A stretch of DNA of 37,128 nucleotides from Pseudomonas phage 5400. The position numbers and the translations under genes were made by a program. Positions 1-7,518 of the stretch are shown here, in pieces; position 1 is the first letter of the stretch; every line of letters begins with the position of its first letter. A model generated the notes under the pieces. That model was given only the letters and a program-made list of their open reading frames with translations. It was not told the DNA's origin and made no database searches. Where the stretch lies: sequence record PQ758390.1; one strand, given 5' to 3'.

Positions 1-1
1 A

Positions 2-124
2 CTCAGTGACGACGGCGAAATGGTGCTCGGGAAGGGCGCCCCACTGGATGTCCCGCTCAACAGTTGGATCGATGTCCGATTGTCGATGCCGGCACCTCCT
101 GAGGTGCAGCCCGAGACTCTATGA
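2..124 (+). CDS. C-terminal fragment of an upstream (presumably host) gene, product unknown
   Basis: Frame 2 is open from the window edge to a TGA at 122-124. Third-position GC is high. A hairpin plus T-run follows directly at 127-151. Confidence 0.25.
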   Translation, partial: LSDDGEMVLGKGAPLDVPLNSWIDVRLSMPAPPEVQPETL

Positions 125-126
125 AC

Positions 127-151
127 AGCCCGCACTCTGCGGGCTTTTTTG
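127..151 (+). terminator. intrinsic terminator (host side)
   Basis: Stem gcccgca / tgcgggc followed by tttttt. Confidence 0.5.
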
Positions 152-261
152 TGCTTGGGTAGCCGGAGATCAAGGCCAGGTATCCGCTGCCGGAGGCGAT
201 CCTAGGCGAATGACAGGCTGTCATAAAGCTGGCATTACCGAGCCAAAACAGCCCATTCAGG

Positions 262-297
262 CACAAAAAAGGCACTTGCGATAATCGCTAAGTGCCT
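262..297 (-). terminator. intrinsic terminator just downstream of the tmRNA-like 3' end (minus strand)
   Basis: On the minus strand, imperfect hairpin GGCACTTAGCG-ATTA-TCGCAAGTGCC followed by UUUUUU (plus-strand A-run 265-270). Confidence 0.5.
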
Positions 298-314
298 GAT
301 TTTGTTAGTGCATT

Positions 315-340
315 TGGTGGAGCCGGGGGGATTTGAACCA
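315..340 (-). other. ssrA: 3'-terminal fragment of tmRNA (ssrA) / prophage att core (attL or attR)
   Basis: Minus strand reads GGTTCAAATCCCCCCGGCTCCACCA (T-loop, acceptor 3' strand, CCA). I remember this as the 3' end of Pseudomonas-type tmRNA. Upstream on that strand the T-stem partner is gctgg instead of ggggg and the tmRNA body is absent, so this is only the duplicated core. Confidence 0.6.
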
Positions 341-414
341 GCGTCTAGTCCTGTGTTTTCGCGGCCTCCAGATCGGAAGCTGTCATAACGCTGTCATTCT
401 GGTCGGAAACTCGG

Positions 415-443
415 TTGGCATCCAGAGTGATGGTGTGTATAAA
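415..443 (+). promoter_or_regulatory. sigma70-like promoter for the low-GC moron cassette
   Basis: TTGGCA (415-420), a 17-bp spacer, then TATAAA (438-443), about 45 nt upstream of the ATG at 491. Confidence 0.45.
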
Positions 444-490
444 TCGCACCTGAGCAGGATACGGTAGGCGCTTGACAGCATGGACCTGAG

Positions 491-904
491 ATGACCGACC
501 ACAATTTCACCAACACTACGATCACAGAAACAGTCGTTCTCTCCGAGCCGCTGAGTGGAAACTCTATCGCTTCTATACAGGCAATTTATCCTTTTACAGA
601 AGCTGATTATGTGAGGCTGGATAGTCAGGGCAATGTAGTGAAAAACTGGGCGACGAGCTTTTTATTTGTAGCTATTGGCTCGGCGGTCACTCTTCTCCAA
701 AACGTCTATAAAGACGGCCTTAATACCCCGAATGATGTTGCGTCAGGGGATGTGATAGTGTTATCAATTTTATCTCTGATTACTGCGTTATTGTTTGTTG
801 TTAGCGCGTTTGTGCCCAATGAGAAGAAGAAATTAATGAAGCGAATAGGGAAGTTTTTCAAAGATTCGGCAAGCCAGAATCATTTTATTAGGGGCGCAAA
901 GTGA
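491..904 (+). CDS. small membrane protein, 2 predicted TM helices, unknown function (moron)
   Basis: 137-aa ORF. Hydrophobic segments WATSFLFVAIGSAVTLLQNVY and VIVLSILSLITALLFVVSAFV. About 42% GC in a genome of about 64%. Own promoter upstream. Confidence 0.75.
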   Translation: MTDHNFTNTTITETVVLSEPLSGNSIASIQAIYPFTEADYVRLDSQGNVVKNWATSFLFVAIGSAVTLLQNVYKDGLNTPNDVASGDVIVLSILSLITALLFVVSAFVPNEKKKLMKRIGKFFKDSASQNHFIRGAK

Positions 905-1350
905 TAACGAAAAGTAATCTTCCAAAAGGTTATATTCCTTATTCGAAGGTTAAACTTTGCAGCAATTTGCTCAGCGGCAGCACCTTCATTCTTTCGGTGG
1001 ATGAAGTTCTGCCGCTCCTAGTTGGAAAAGGAAATAAGCCTCAAATTTGGATACAGGCTATTGCTGATGCGAATATGAAGTCTTTTGTACCGATTGTAGA
1101 ATCCTCCATCCCACTGTTTCCGTTTGTCCGAGTCACCACTGAGTCTGGTGTCGTCCTCGTGTTTGTTAATGATCAAGTCATTATGTCCATTCGATCTGAG
1201 GTTGATGACGAAATTAATATTTTTCAGATGGACTTAAGGCCGATTGGGCTAAATATAGTCGGCGACGAAAAATCTCTTCGTTCCGGAGGCATGGAATTCA
1301 GCAACAGCACTTTTTCTGGGATGGGAACTTTTATGGGTTTTTCTTTGTAA
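901..1350 (+). CDS. hypothetical protein, unknown function (moron partner)
   Basis: 149-aa ORF. GTG start overlaps the stop of the upstream gene (GTGA). Low GC. Converges on the integrase 3' end. Confidence 0.7.
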   Translation: MITKSNLPKGYIPYSKVKLCSNLLSGSTFILSVDEVLPLLVGKGNKPQIWIQAIADANMKSFVPIVESSIPLFPFVRVTTESGVVLVFVNDQVIMSIRSEVDDEINIFQMDLRPIGLNIVGDEKSLRSGGMEFSNSTFSGMGTFMGFSL

Positions 1351-2518
1351 GAGTTTCGGTAAAGTCCTGCATGTCGATGGGCCGCCACATCACTTCTGCT
1401 TTTTCGCCCGCGTTGTAGTCAGCTGATGGCATCCAGCGACCGTATATGCGTGCAATCATGGTCCAGTCACTGTGCCCCATCTGCTGCGCCACCCACATCG
1501 GATGCTCACCAGCAGACAGCATCATCGAAGCGTAGGTGTGGCGCGTCTGGTACGGCCGGCGGTAGCGCACACCAGCCTTCTTCAGCGCATACATCCAGAG
1601 CGTCTTTCGAATCGGGCCGTCACCGGCCCAGCGCTCTCCCGTCCTCGGGTTCTGAAAGACTTCCTGGTTGGCCAGGTAGGTGAATGCCTTCTGCGCCTTC
1701 AGGGCTTCCAGCGCAGGGCCGAGCAGCTTGATGCTGCGCCGGCCGGAGGTGGTCTTCGTCACCTCCGCTTTTCCCTTGGCTGCCTGGGTCATGGCGCGGG
1801 TGACGCGCACCTCGCCGCGGAGCCAGTCAATATCGCCCCACTCGAGGCCGACGAGTTCGCTGGTGCGCATCCCCGTCCAGAATGCGAACTGCACCAGGTT
1901 CCGCCCTTGACCATCGAGGGAACTCAGAATCGCCTGCTGCTCTTCCGGCGAGAATGGGTCAACGTCGTCGACCTTGACCTCTCCCTTCCTTGCGTACGTC
2001 CAGCCGGCGAGAGGGTTGCTGTCGATCAGTTCCTCTTCCATCGCATCGCTGAGGGCCGAGCGTAGGCAGCTCTGGATATTGCTGAGCGTCTTGTTGCTCA
2101 CCTTCAGGGTGTCCAGCCAATCCTTGACGGCCTTCCGCTTCAGGTCGACCACCATGGCGGACCCTAGGGCCGGCACCAGACGAAGCTCTACAATCTTCCT
2201 GTAGCCCTCGAAGGTGCTGCTGGAGACGTGCTTGCGCTTCGACTCAAGCCATCGGCCAAGGAATCCCGCAACCGTCTCGCGTGACGCCTCAGGCGCAAAC
2301 TTGGCGGCGCGCGGAGATCCAGGAAATGTCACCGAGTAGTCGAAGGTACCGGCGGCGATCGCATGTTCGATAGCCGCCTTGTGCTGCTCTGCTCGCTTCA
2401 GGTTAGTGGCGGTGGGCTTGAGCGAGATGCGCTCCCGGCACCTGACGCCGCGATACATGAACGTGATTTCGATACTCGAATCAGAGACCGCCCTGACTCC
2501 CCGCCCATCTCTACCCAT
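1331..2518 (-). CDS. int: tyrosine recombinase / phage integrase
   Basis: C-terminal RHTYASMMLSAGEHPMWVAQQMGHSDWTMIARIYGRW carries the R-H-R-Y catalytic pattern. N-terminal IEITFMYRGVRCRE matches the P4/CP4-57-type integrase N-domain. Sits next to the att core. Confidence 0.95.
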   Translation of the reverse strand: MGRDGRGVRAVSDSSIEITFMYRGVRCRERISLKPTATNLKRAEQHKAAIEHAIAAGTFDYSVTFPGSPRAAKFAPEASRETVAGFLGRWLESKRKHVSSSTFEGYRKIVELRLVPALGSAMVVDLKRKAVKDWLDTLKVSNKTLSNIQSCLRSALSDAMEEELIDSNPLAGWTYARKGEVKVDDVDPFSPEEQQAILSSLDGQGRNLVQFAFWTGMRTSELVGLEWGDIDWLRGEVRVTRAMTQAAKGKAEVTKTTSGRRSIKLLGPALEALKAQKAFTYLANQEVFQNPRTGERWAGDGPIRKTLWMYALKKAGVRYRRPYQTRHTYASMMLSAGEHPMWVAQQMGHSDWTMIARIYGRWMPSADYNAGEKAEVMWRPIDMQDFTETLTKKNP

Positions 2519-2673
2519 GCTTCATACCCCTCTACATCAATAAGCGTCCGGCCATCCGGTGCTTTTTTCCATATCTCGCCGAGGCGCCAGATTCCGTCGC
2601 GGATCTTCGAGCGCACGGCGTCTTCGGTGTAGCCAGACTCGCTGGCGAATTTTTTAACAGTCAGGTAGCGCAT
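2398..2673 (-). CDS. excisionase / AlpA-like DNA-binding protein
   Basis: N-terminal 60 aa (MRYLTVKKFASESGYTEDAVRSKIRDGIW...EAWVE) look like Xis/AlpA-type HTH. It lies directly upstream of int and overlaps its start. The C-terminal tail that reads through into int has low complexity. Confidence 0.55.
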   Translation of the reverse strand: MRYLTVKKFASESGYTEDAVRSKIRDGIWRLGEIWKKAPDGRTLIDVEGYEAWVEMGGESGRSLIRVSKSRSCIAASGAGSASRSSPPPLT

Positions 2674-2990
2674 TCCTGAGGCCTAGGCTTGAATGCAAGC
2701 CCCTCCCAGCGGCCGGATGGGCCGCGAATCTCGCAGCGCCGAACGTAGGCCCGGCGTTTCTTACTGTCGAACAGTGCCTGGTAGGCATCCATTTGCTCAC
2801 CGTCGTTCGTCATTGCCTGCAGTCTGGCGCGGTCACCGCTGTTGACGAAGACAAAGCCGTCTTTGACCTTCCCGAATCCACTGGTCCGGTATAAGGCCCA
2901 GCGCGCCCCTCCTTTCTTGCCACCCTTCGACCCTTCGGTCAGGTAGAACGCAAACTCTCCCCTCATCACGCGAAGCAGAGTTCTAGCCAT
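2661..2990 (-). CDS. hypothetical phage protein
   Basis: ORF 2661..3005. I prefer the internal ATG at 2990 (MARTLL...), which has a GGGGG SD and sits 2 nt after the stop of the upstream gene. Confidence 0.5.
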   Translation of the reverse strand: MARTLLRVMRGEFAFYLTEGSKGGKKGGARWALYRTSGFGKVKDGFVFVNSGDRARLQAMTNDGEQMDAYQALFDSKKRRAYVRRCEIRGPSGRWEGLAFKPRPQECAT

Positions 2991-3702
2991 GGAGACCCCC
3001 ACCATCTTTCGCCACTACCGAGTACGCCTCCGGCTTTCGCTCAACCGTACGGGTCGATCCGTCCAGGCTGTGGACGGTGAGTGCCGGCCGCCGAATCTGC
3101 ACAGTTCCGTTCGGCGCCATTTCCTGACGCGGGGCGCCGTAGAAAGGGCCACCCGGGGCGAACGGGTCAGGGATGGCCGACGGGTTTTCAAGCAAGAACT
3201 TCTGAAACAGGTTCTGGACCGCAGCGGTAAGTGGCCCCGTGTTCCCTCGGTTGGAGCGGCCGCTCTTGTGGTCTGCGCTGTCCTCGAACTCCCCGCCAAT
3301 CCAGAGCAGGCCGCCAACGATTCCGGCGTCGCCCGCGCAGACCTCGGCAGCCTCGGCACGGTGGGCATGATTCACCCCCAGGAGATCGCACAGGTCGTCG
3401 AAGGTCAGGGCCTGCTCGATCATGGCTGAGTTTCCGATAAGCCAGGCACCGCTCTCCTCCATGGCCTGTCTCGCAGCTCTGGTGCGATCCAGATATGCCG
3501 CTCGCTCGCGCTCAAGCGCCTGCTCGGTGAACGGCATGCCCTTGAGGAGCCGCCGACACACCTGGCGATACTCGGCGAAGCTGGTGTTGCGATCGGCGCA
3601 CACCGCGCGGACGAACATCCGGAGGGCCGCCAAACGGACGCGCAGGTCACGGCGACTGTCGGCGTAGATATCGATCAGCCTGTGCAACGTTGCTCCCTTC
3701 AT
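2983..3702 (-). CDS. hypothetical phage protein (240 aa)
   Basis: ORF 2983..3966. The N-terminal 87 codons are Arg/Pro-rich and look non-coding. The real start is probably the ATG at 3702, preceded by AAGGAGAG and overlapping the upstream stop as ATGA. Confidence 0.65.
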   Translation of the reverse strand: MKGATLHRLIDIYADSRRDLRVRLAALRMFVRAVCADRNTSFAEYRQVCRRLLKGMPFTEQALERERAAYLDRTRAARQAMEESGAWLIGNSAMIEQALTFDDLCDLLGVNHAHRAEAAEVCAGDAGIVGGLLWIGGEFEDSADHKSGRSNRGNTGPLTAAVQNLFQKFLLENPSAIPDPFAPGGPFYGAPRQEMAPNGTVQIRRPALTVHSLDGSTRTVERKPEAYSVVAKDGGGLHG

Positions 3703-3890
3703 GACCGGCTCTCCTTGTTCGTGTCGCAGATCCGCAGGTCGACGCCGCAGGCCTGGACCAACTCGGTCAACTCGCCGAGCTTGGTGTTGGGGTTCTGCAT
3801 CGCCTGGCCCAGGCGGACCAACTGCTGGCCGAGGGTGGCGAGCGGGGTAGGACGATACCCTGGTGGTGGTGGAATGTCGGAGCCTCTCAT
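3699..3890 (-). CDS. small hypothetical protein (63 aa)
   Basis: MRGSDIPPPPGYRPT...ICDTNKESRS. High GC3. Its start overlaps the stop of the 38-codon ORF (TGATG). Its stop overlaps the next start (ATGA). Confidence 0.55.
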   Translation of the reverse strand: MRGSDIPPPPGYRPTPLATLGQQLVRLGQAMQNPNTKLGELTELVQACGVDLRICDTNKESRS

Positions 3891-4006
3891 CACTGGCATA
3901 CCTCCCAGATGAACAGGTTCTTGAACGGCTGGAGCGCGCCGCCGGCGGCAACAGCAGCCAGGCCAAACAGCGCGACGAGTGCGATAGCGGTCAGAGCCTT
4001 GCGCAT
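3890..4006 (-). CDS. 38-aa hydrophobic peptide (MRKALTAIALVALFGLAAVAAGGALQPFKNLFIWEVCQ)
   Basis: Not in the ORF track because it is under 60 aa. I translated it by hand from the minus strand. GC3 is about 79%. It starts 2 nt after the stop of the 271-aa gene and ends overlapping the next start. Confidence 0.4.
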   Translation of the reverse strand: MRKALTAIALVALFGLAAVAAGGALQPFKNLFIWEVCQ

Positions 4007-4008
4007 GG

Positions 4009-4824
4009 TCATCGCTCACCTCCAGGCGCTGGCGCAGCGGCAATGAGGCCCCGATACACACGTGCCAGGAAGGCGCGAACTGCATCCCGACCCGGGAAGT
4101 AGTACTCGGTATCCTCAACGAGATAGCCGTCCATTCCGTCCTCGCTGTCGCGGCGCGCGTCCAGCATTTCCGGGGTCGGCTCAAGCGGTACCAGCTTCCA
4201 CCCTGACGGCACGTTGTGCTGACCCAGGGCGGTCTTCAGTTGGTCCTCCAAGCGCTTGGCATAGCCGCGAATGCCTTGCACGGTCCAGCCACCATCGATG
4301 GCGTCTTGCGGCAGCCCTTCGCAGATACGCTCGAACTGGCGCAGGCGCCTCAGTTCATTGACCGCTACCTCGACGGCTTCAATCACTGGCACGCCGACGT
4401 AGCCGTCCTCGATATCTACTCGATCAAGCCAGCGCACCAGAGTTTGGAGGCTTTCGGCCAGTTCGCTGTCGCCCGATCCCGGCGCGGGGTAGGGTCGCTC
4501 GCCGGCACTACCCGGTCCGGACAGAGGTTCGCCGCCAGGGTTGCCCGGCTCTGAACTCGCTCCAGCGCCACCCAAGGCCGCCAGTGCGATCTGTCGCATG
4601 TTCGCCGCCGGGAGGTCGTCTTGCTCGGGACAGGGGAGCTCGGCGATGGTGCGGAGCGCCAGGAGGGCGCGCTCGAGCGGAATCTCTCCTGCACCCTCGG
4701 TGCCGGCCAGGTGCTTCGCTACCGTTTCCCGGATGACGCGCAGCGCGTTCATGGCTTGGAGCGAGCTGCCGTCCTGGCCGAGCTTGGCGGTCAGGTCGAT
4801 CTGTTTAAACAGGGCATGGGTCAT
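4009..4824 (-). CDS. hypothetical phage protein (271 aa)
   Basis: Long high-GC3 ORF in the leftward early operon. Its start overlaps the stop of the upstream membrane-protein gene. Confidence 0.7.
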   Translation of the reverse strand: MTHALFKQIDLTAKLGQDGSSLQAMNALRVIRETVAKHLAGTEGAGEIPLERALLALRTIAELPCPEQDDLPAANMRQIALAALGGAGASSEPGNPGGEPLSGPGSAGERPYPAPGSGDSELAESLQTLVRWLDRVDIEDGYVGVPVIEAVEVAVNELRRLRQFERICEGLPQDAIDGGWTVQGIRGYAKRLEDQLKTALGQHNVPSGWKLVPLEPTPEMLDARRDSEDGMDGYLVEDTEYYFPGRDAVRAFLARVYRGLIAAAPAPGGER

Positions 4825-5156
4825 AGGTCACCCCCTTGCTCGGCGCTGCGCACTGCCTGGTAGGCGAGGGCGTAGCAAGCCATTTGCACCAGCAGGCTCG
4901 AAGCCGCGAGTGCGGGGTGATCCGTGAGGGCCAGGGCCGCCACGTGCAGAGCGCCGGTAGGGATGGAGAGCCAAGGGCGGGCGAGCATGTTCGCGGCTCC
5001 TTGCCCCTTGATGCCGCCGGCGAAGATCAGCAGCCAACAGAGGACGTTTAGGGCCGCTGACACATAGAAGGCGAACTGGTGGATGGAGCCATGTCCGAAG
5101 TACAGACACGCGCTGATCAGCAGGCTGACCGCGGTACTGGTGAGTGCTTGCTTCAT
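4821..5156 (-). CDS. membrane protein (3-4 TM), unknown function
   Basis: 111 aa, strongly hydrophobic (VSLLISACLYFG, VLCWLLIFAGGI, ALHVAALAL). Confidence 0.6.
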   Translation of the reverse strand: MKQALTSTAVSLLISACLYFGHGSIHQFAFYVSAALNVLCWLLIFAGGIKGQGAANMLARPWLSIPTGALHVAALALTDHPALAASSLLVQMACYALAYQAVRSAEQGGDL

Positions 5157-5158
5157 GA

Positions 5159-5389
5159 TCAGCGGCCTCGGGCGGCAGTGGTCAGCGCATCGAGGAGCGC
5201 ATGCTTTCGGCGCTGACCATGCAGGTACTCGCGCAGGGCAACGACGATCAAGGAGTTCATGCTGCGCTCGTCTCGCTTGGCCTCGGCTTCGACCTCGGCC
5301 CTCAGGCCGTCCGGCAGACGGACAACGAACTTGTCCATGTCCCGGCTGGTGCTGGCCGGCAGTTCGGTTACAACGGTTGCTCGTTTCAT
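5159..5389 (-). CDS. Arc/MetJ-type ribbon-helix-helix transcriptional regulator
   Basis: KFVVRLPDGLRAEVEAEAKRDERSMNSLIVVALREYL is a typical RHH beta-alpha-alpha motif. I chose the internal ATG at 5389, which has a GGAG SD. Confidence 0.65.
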   Translation of the reverse strand: MKRATVVTELPASTSRDMDKFVVRLPDGLRAEVEAEAKRDERSMNSLIVVALREYLHGQRRKHALLDALTTAARGR

Positions 5390-5401
5390 GGGATCTCCAG
5401 T

Positions 5402-5419
5402 GGCGCCATCGCTGGCGCC
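5402..5419. promoter_or_regulatory. perfect inverted repeat GGCGCCA-N4-TGGCGCC immediately upstream of the RHH regulator gene
   Basis: Palindrome between the SPFH stop (5431) and the RHH start (5389). No U-run, so probably not a terminator. Candidate operator or RNA stability hairpin. Confidence 0.3.
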
Positions 5420-5430
5420 TGGGCGAGGGG

Positions 5431-6267
5431 CTACTTGCTGATGCCGATGAAGGGAAGCGGGGAGCCGCTGGCCATGTAGGTGGGCAGCTTGCCGTCCCAC
5501 TTCTCGACCGCGTTGAGGGTCACGACGTCGGGGTTCGAGCGCAGCGCTTGGGCGCGGATCTCGATCGCCTTCGCATCGGCGGTGGCCAGGGTCAGCTTCG
5601 CGTCCGCCTCCCCTTGGGCCCGAGCGCGTTCCTTGTCGGCTTCTGCCTTGGCTTGGGCGACCTCGTTACGGCGCTGCTCGGCCATCTGGGTGGCCTGGAT
5701 CTTCGCGTTCAGGCTCTGCGTAACCTGCGGCGGGAGGACCAGGTCGGATGCGTAGTAGATGCGCTCGATATTGATGCCGATGGGCGCCACCTGGTCGCGC
5801 ACGCGCTTCTCGACGGCCAGCAGCAGGTCCGCCTTGCCGGCACCATAGACGCTCTCGACTGGAAGCTTCGAGGCAACATCGTTGAAGGCATCGCGCACCA
5901 TGTTCCGCAAGAACTTGTTCGTGATTTCGTCGATACCCGCCCGGTACTTCTGGAACAGCGTCGTCACCTTGTCGGGAGATACCGAGTAGGTGATGCCGAC
6001 GGCGCCGCCAACCTTCATGCCCTCAACGGTCTGGAAGCTGATCGCTTCCTCGCCACCCCAGGTCTCGGTCTGCGTGAAGGTGGGGAACAGGTAGAGTTCC
6101 TCGTTCACGCCTACCCAGTAGCGCCCAGTGCCGACCTCGCGCGTCTCCACGCCCTTCTCGGAGCCGTAGAGGTTGACGATCACGCCGACGTTGCCGGCAG
6201 GCACCTTCGAACAGCCCGCCAGGACGGCGAGCAGGCACAGCATTGCAGCAGCGGGAATCCGCTTCAT
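5431..6267 (-). CDS. SPFH/band-7 (prohibitin/stomatin-like) domain lipoprotein
   Basis: Lipobox LAGC after a signal peptide. The central region is typical SPFH. The C-terminus is an Ala/Glu/Gln-rich coiled coil (AEQRRNEVAQAKAEADKERARAQGEADAKL) as in HflC/K-like proteins. Confidence 0.8.
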   Translation of the reverse strand: MKRIPAAAMLCLLAVLAGCSKVPAGNVGVIVNLYGSEKGVETREVGTGRYWVGVNEELYLFPTFTQTETWGGEEAISFQTVEGMKVGGAVGITYSVSPDKVTTLFQKYRAGIDEITNKFLRNMVRDAFNDVASKLPVESVYGAGKADLLLAVEKRVRDQVAPIGINIERIYYASDLVLPPQVTQSLNAKIQATQMAEQRRNEVAQAKAEADKERARAQGEADAKLTLATADAKAIEIRAQALRSNPDVVTLNAVEKWDGKLPTYMASGSPLPFIGISK

Positions 6268-6518
6268 TGGTCTTTCTCCTTGCTGGTGGTGGCCGCTTCT
6301 TCACGGCGGGTGTTGGCGAGGTGGATGCCGAGGCAGACCGAGGCGATCAACCAGACGCCGGGGATGGCGAATCCCGCGAAGACCAGAACATCGTCGCGAC
6401 TGCTGACCAGGGCCGGCCCAATGCCGCCCACCAGGGCGACGGACAACCCGGCATAGGCCAGCAGGGCGATACAGATCAGGAAGAGCTTCCCGGGCTTGAT
6501 GAGAGGTTTGTTGTCCAT
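6264..6518 (-). CDS. small 2-TM membrane protein, co-translated with the SPFH gene (possible NfeD-like partner)
   Basis: 84 aa. GGAGGAAAGC SD. Stop overlaps the SPFH start (ATGA). Two hydrophobic helices. Confidence 0.6.
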   Translation of the reverse strand: MDNKPLIKPGKLFLICIALLAYAGLSVALVGGIGPALVSSRDDVLVFAGFAIPGVWLIASVCLGIHLANTRREEAATTSKEKDQ

Positions 6519-6617
6519 GCTTTCCTCCAGGCAAGCCGATGGCCTGCCGCGGTTGTTGGCTTTCGCGAAAATCGGTTGGTTACTGCTTGGCTGCTTCGGC
6601 GCGTTCGGTCTGCCGCG

Positions 6618-6857
6618 TCAGATCAGCCCTCTCTGCTGCAGGTCGTTCAGTTCTGCGTCCGCAAATCCGGCCGCTGCCTTCAGGTCTGCCACGGTAAGCT
6701 CGTCGAGCGTCTTGCCCAGGCCCTGGATGTGCCGGGCGAAAGCGCGCTGTGCCGGCCCGTTGTAGCCATGGCAGAAGTCGGCCGCTGCGCGCAGTTCACC
6801 GTCGAGCTGCAGCGCCAGGATGTTGAGAGGATCGTTTCTGTCCCAGGCCATGATCAC
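6618..6857 (-). CDS. hypothetical protein (79 aa)
   Basis: ORF directly downstream of the LuxR-type gene on the same strand. Confidence 0.5.
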   Translation of the reverse strand: MIMAWDRNDPLNILALQLDGELRAAADFCHGYNGPAQRAFARHIQGLGKTLDELTVADLKAAAGFADAELNDLQQRGLI

Positions 6858-7240
6858 GCCACCCAGGCCACGCCATCGCGGCGAGCAGTCAGACGAGTTT
6901 CGATCTTCCTTTCGCCGCCACGGCGGCTGCGCATCATGTGGTCATCGTTGAGCAGTGGCTGACCGGCGACGAGGAAGGCGAGGGCGATCACGGCGGGCGA
7001 GATAAGCCCGCGGCGCATGGCTTCAGCCACCAGGGCGGCACGGCGGGTGACTCCGAGTTTGGTGGTCGCTGCCAGAACGCGCTTACCCACCGTGCCCGGC
7101 TGCATGCCCAGGTCGCGGGCCAGCTCCTTCGAGGTACGACCCGCAGCGATGCCCAGGACGCACTGAAGCTCACGCAGGGACAGGCCTTTGCCGAGGAAGC
7201 CGGTGAAACCGTGTGCTGTGATGGTGGCGGTGGTGGTCAT
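6854..7240 (-). CDS. LuxR/GerE-type HTH transcriptional regulator
   Basis: LSLRELQCVLGIAAGRTSKELARDLGMQPGTVGKRVLAATTKLGVTRRAALV is a LuxR C-terminal HTH. I chose the ATG at 7240, which has a GGAG SD. Confidence 0.7.
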   Translation of the reverse strand: MTTTATITAHGFTGFLGKGLSLRELQCVLGIAAGRTSKELARDLGMQPGTVGKRVLAATTKLGVTRRAALVAEAMRRGLISPAVIALAFLVAGQPLLNDDHMMRSRRGGERKIETRLTARRDGVAWVA

Positions 7241-7268
7241 GTGCTGCTCCGTGCTCTGGAACCAAGAA

Positions 7269-7328
7269 GGTACATACTGCAAATCAATCTAGTACCTTAA
7301 AGGTACATTGTCAATTGCAAAATGTACC
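7269..7328. promoter_or_regulatory. operator-like inverted repeats (GGTACA ... (T)GTACC) upstream of the leftward operon; putative O-L
   Basis: GGTACA at 7269 and 7302, AGTACC at 7291, TGTACC at 7323. The same half-sites recur in the cI/cro intergenic region. Confidence 0.4.
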
Positions 7329-7518
7329 TGTGAATCAGAATGGCAAGAGCGGAGTCTTTGAGGCGGGGCGTGAAGCTGGTGTAGGGGCACAGAAAGAAAG
7401 AGGAAGGGCTACGAGTAGGTGCAGGCTGAGATGGACGGTGTCGGCCTGGTGTTCAACGACGACGGCACCGTAACGCTGAGGTGGGATAGGCAGGCGCTGG
7501 AGGGGTAGGGCGGAAATG

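Noticed and set aside
6-284. 92-aa and 72-aa ORFs in the host flank
   Set aside because: They span two terminators and the tmRNA flank. More likely non-coding. Only the short frame-2 gene tail up to 124 is plausible.
300-400. A complete tRNA or tmRNA gene
   Set aside because: Only the last 25 nt or so match. The T-stem partner and acceptor 5' strand are missing, and the region to the right is protein-coding. So this is an att-core fragment, not a functional RNA gene.
2983-3966. Full 327-aa version of the ORF
   Set aside because: The first 87 codons are Arg/Pro-rich and overlap two other well-supported minus-strand genes. The internal ATG at 3702 has a strong SD and ATGA coupling.
3699-4184. 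161-aa version of the ORF
   Set aside because: The N-terminal 98 codons overlap the 271-aa gene and the 38-codon ORF in another frame. Only the last 63 codons, from the ATG at 3890, look coding.
5083-6962. 457-aa and 239-aa plus-strand ORFs
   Set aside because: Antisense to the SPFH, small membrane protein and LuxR-type genes. The translations are Arg/Gly/Leu-rich nonsense.
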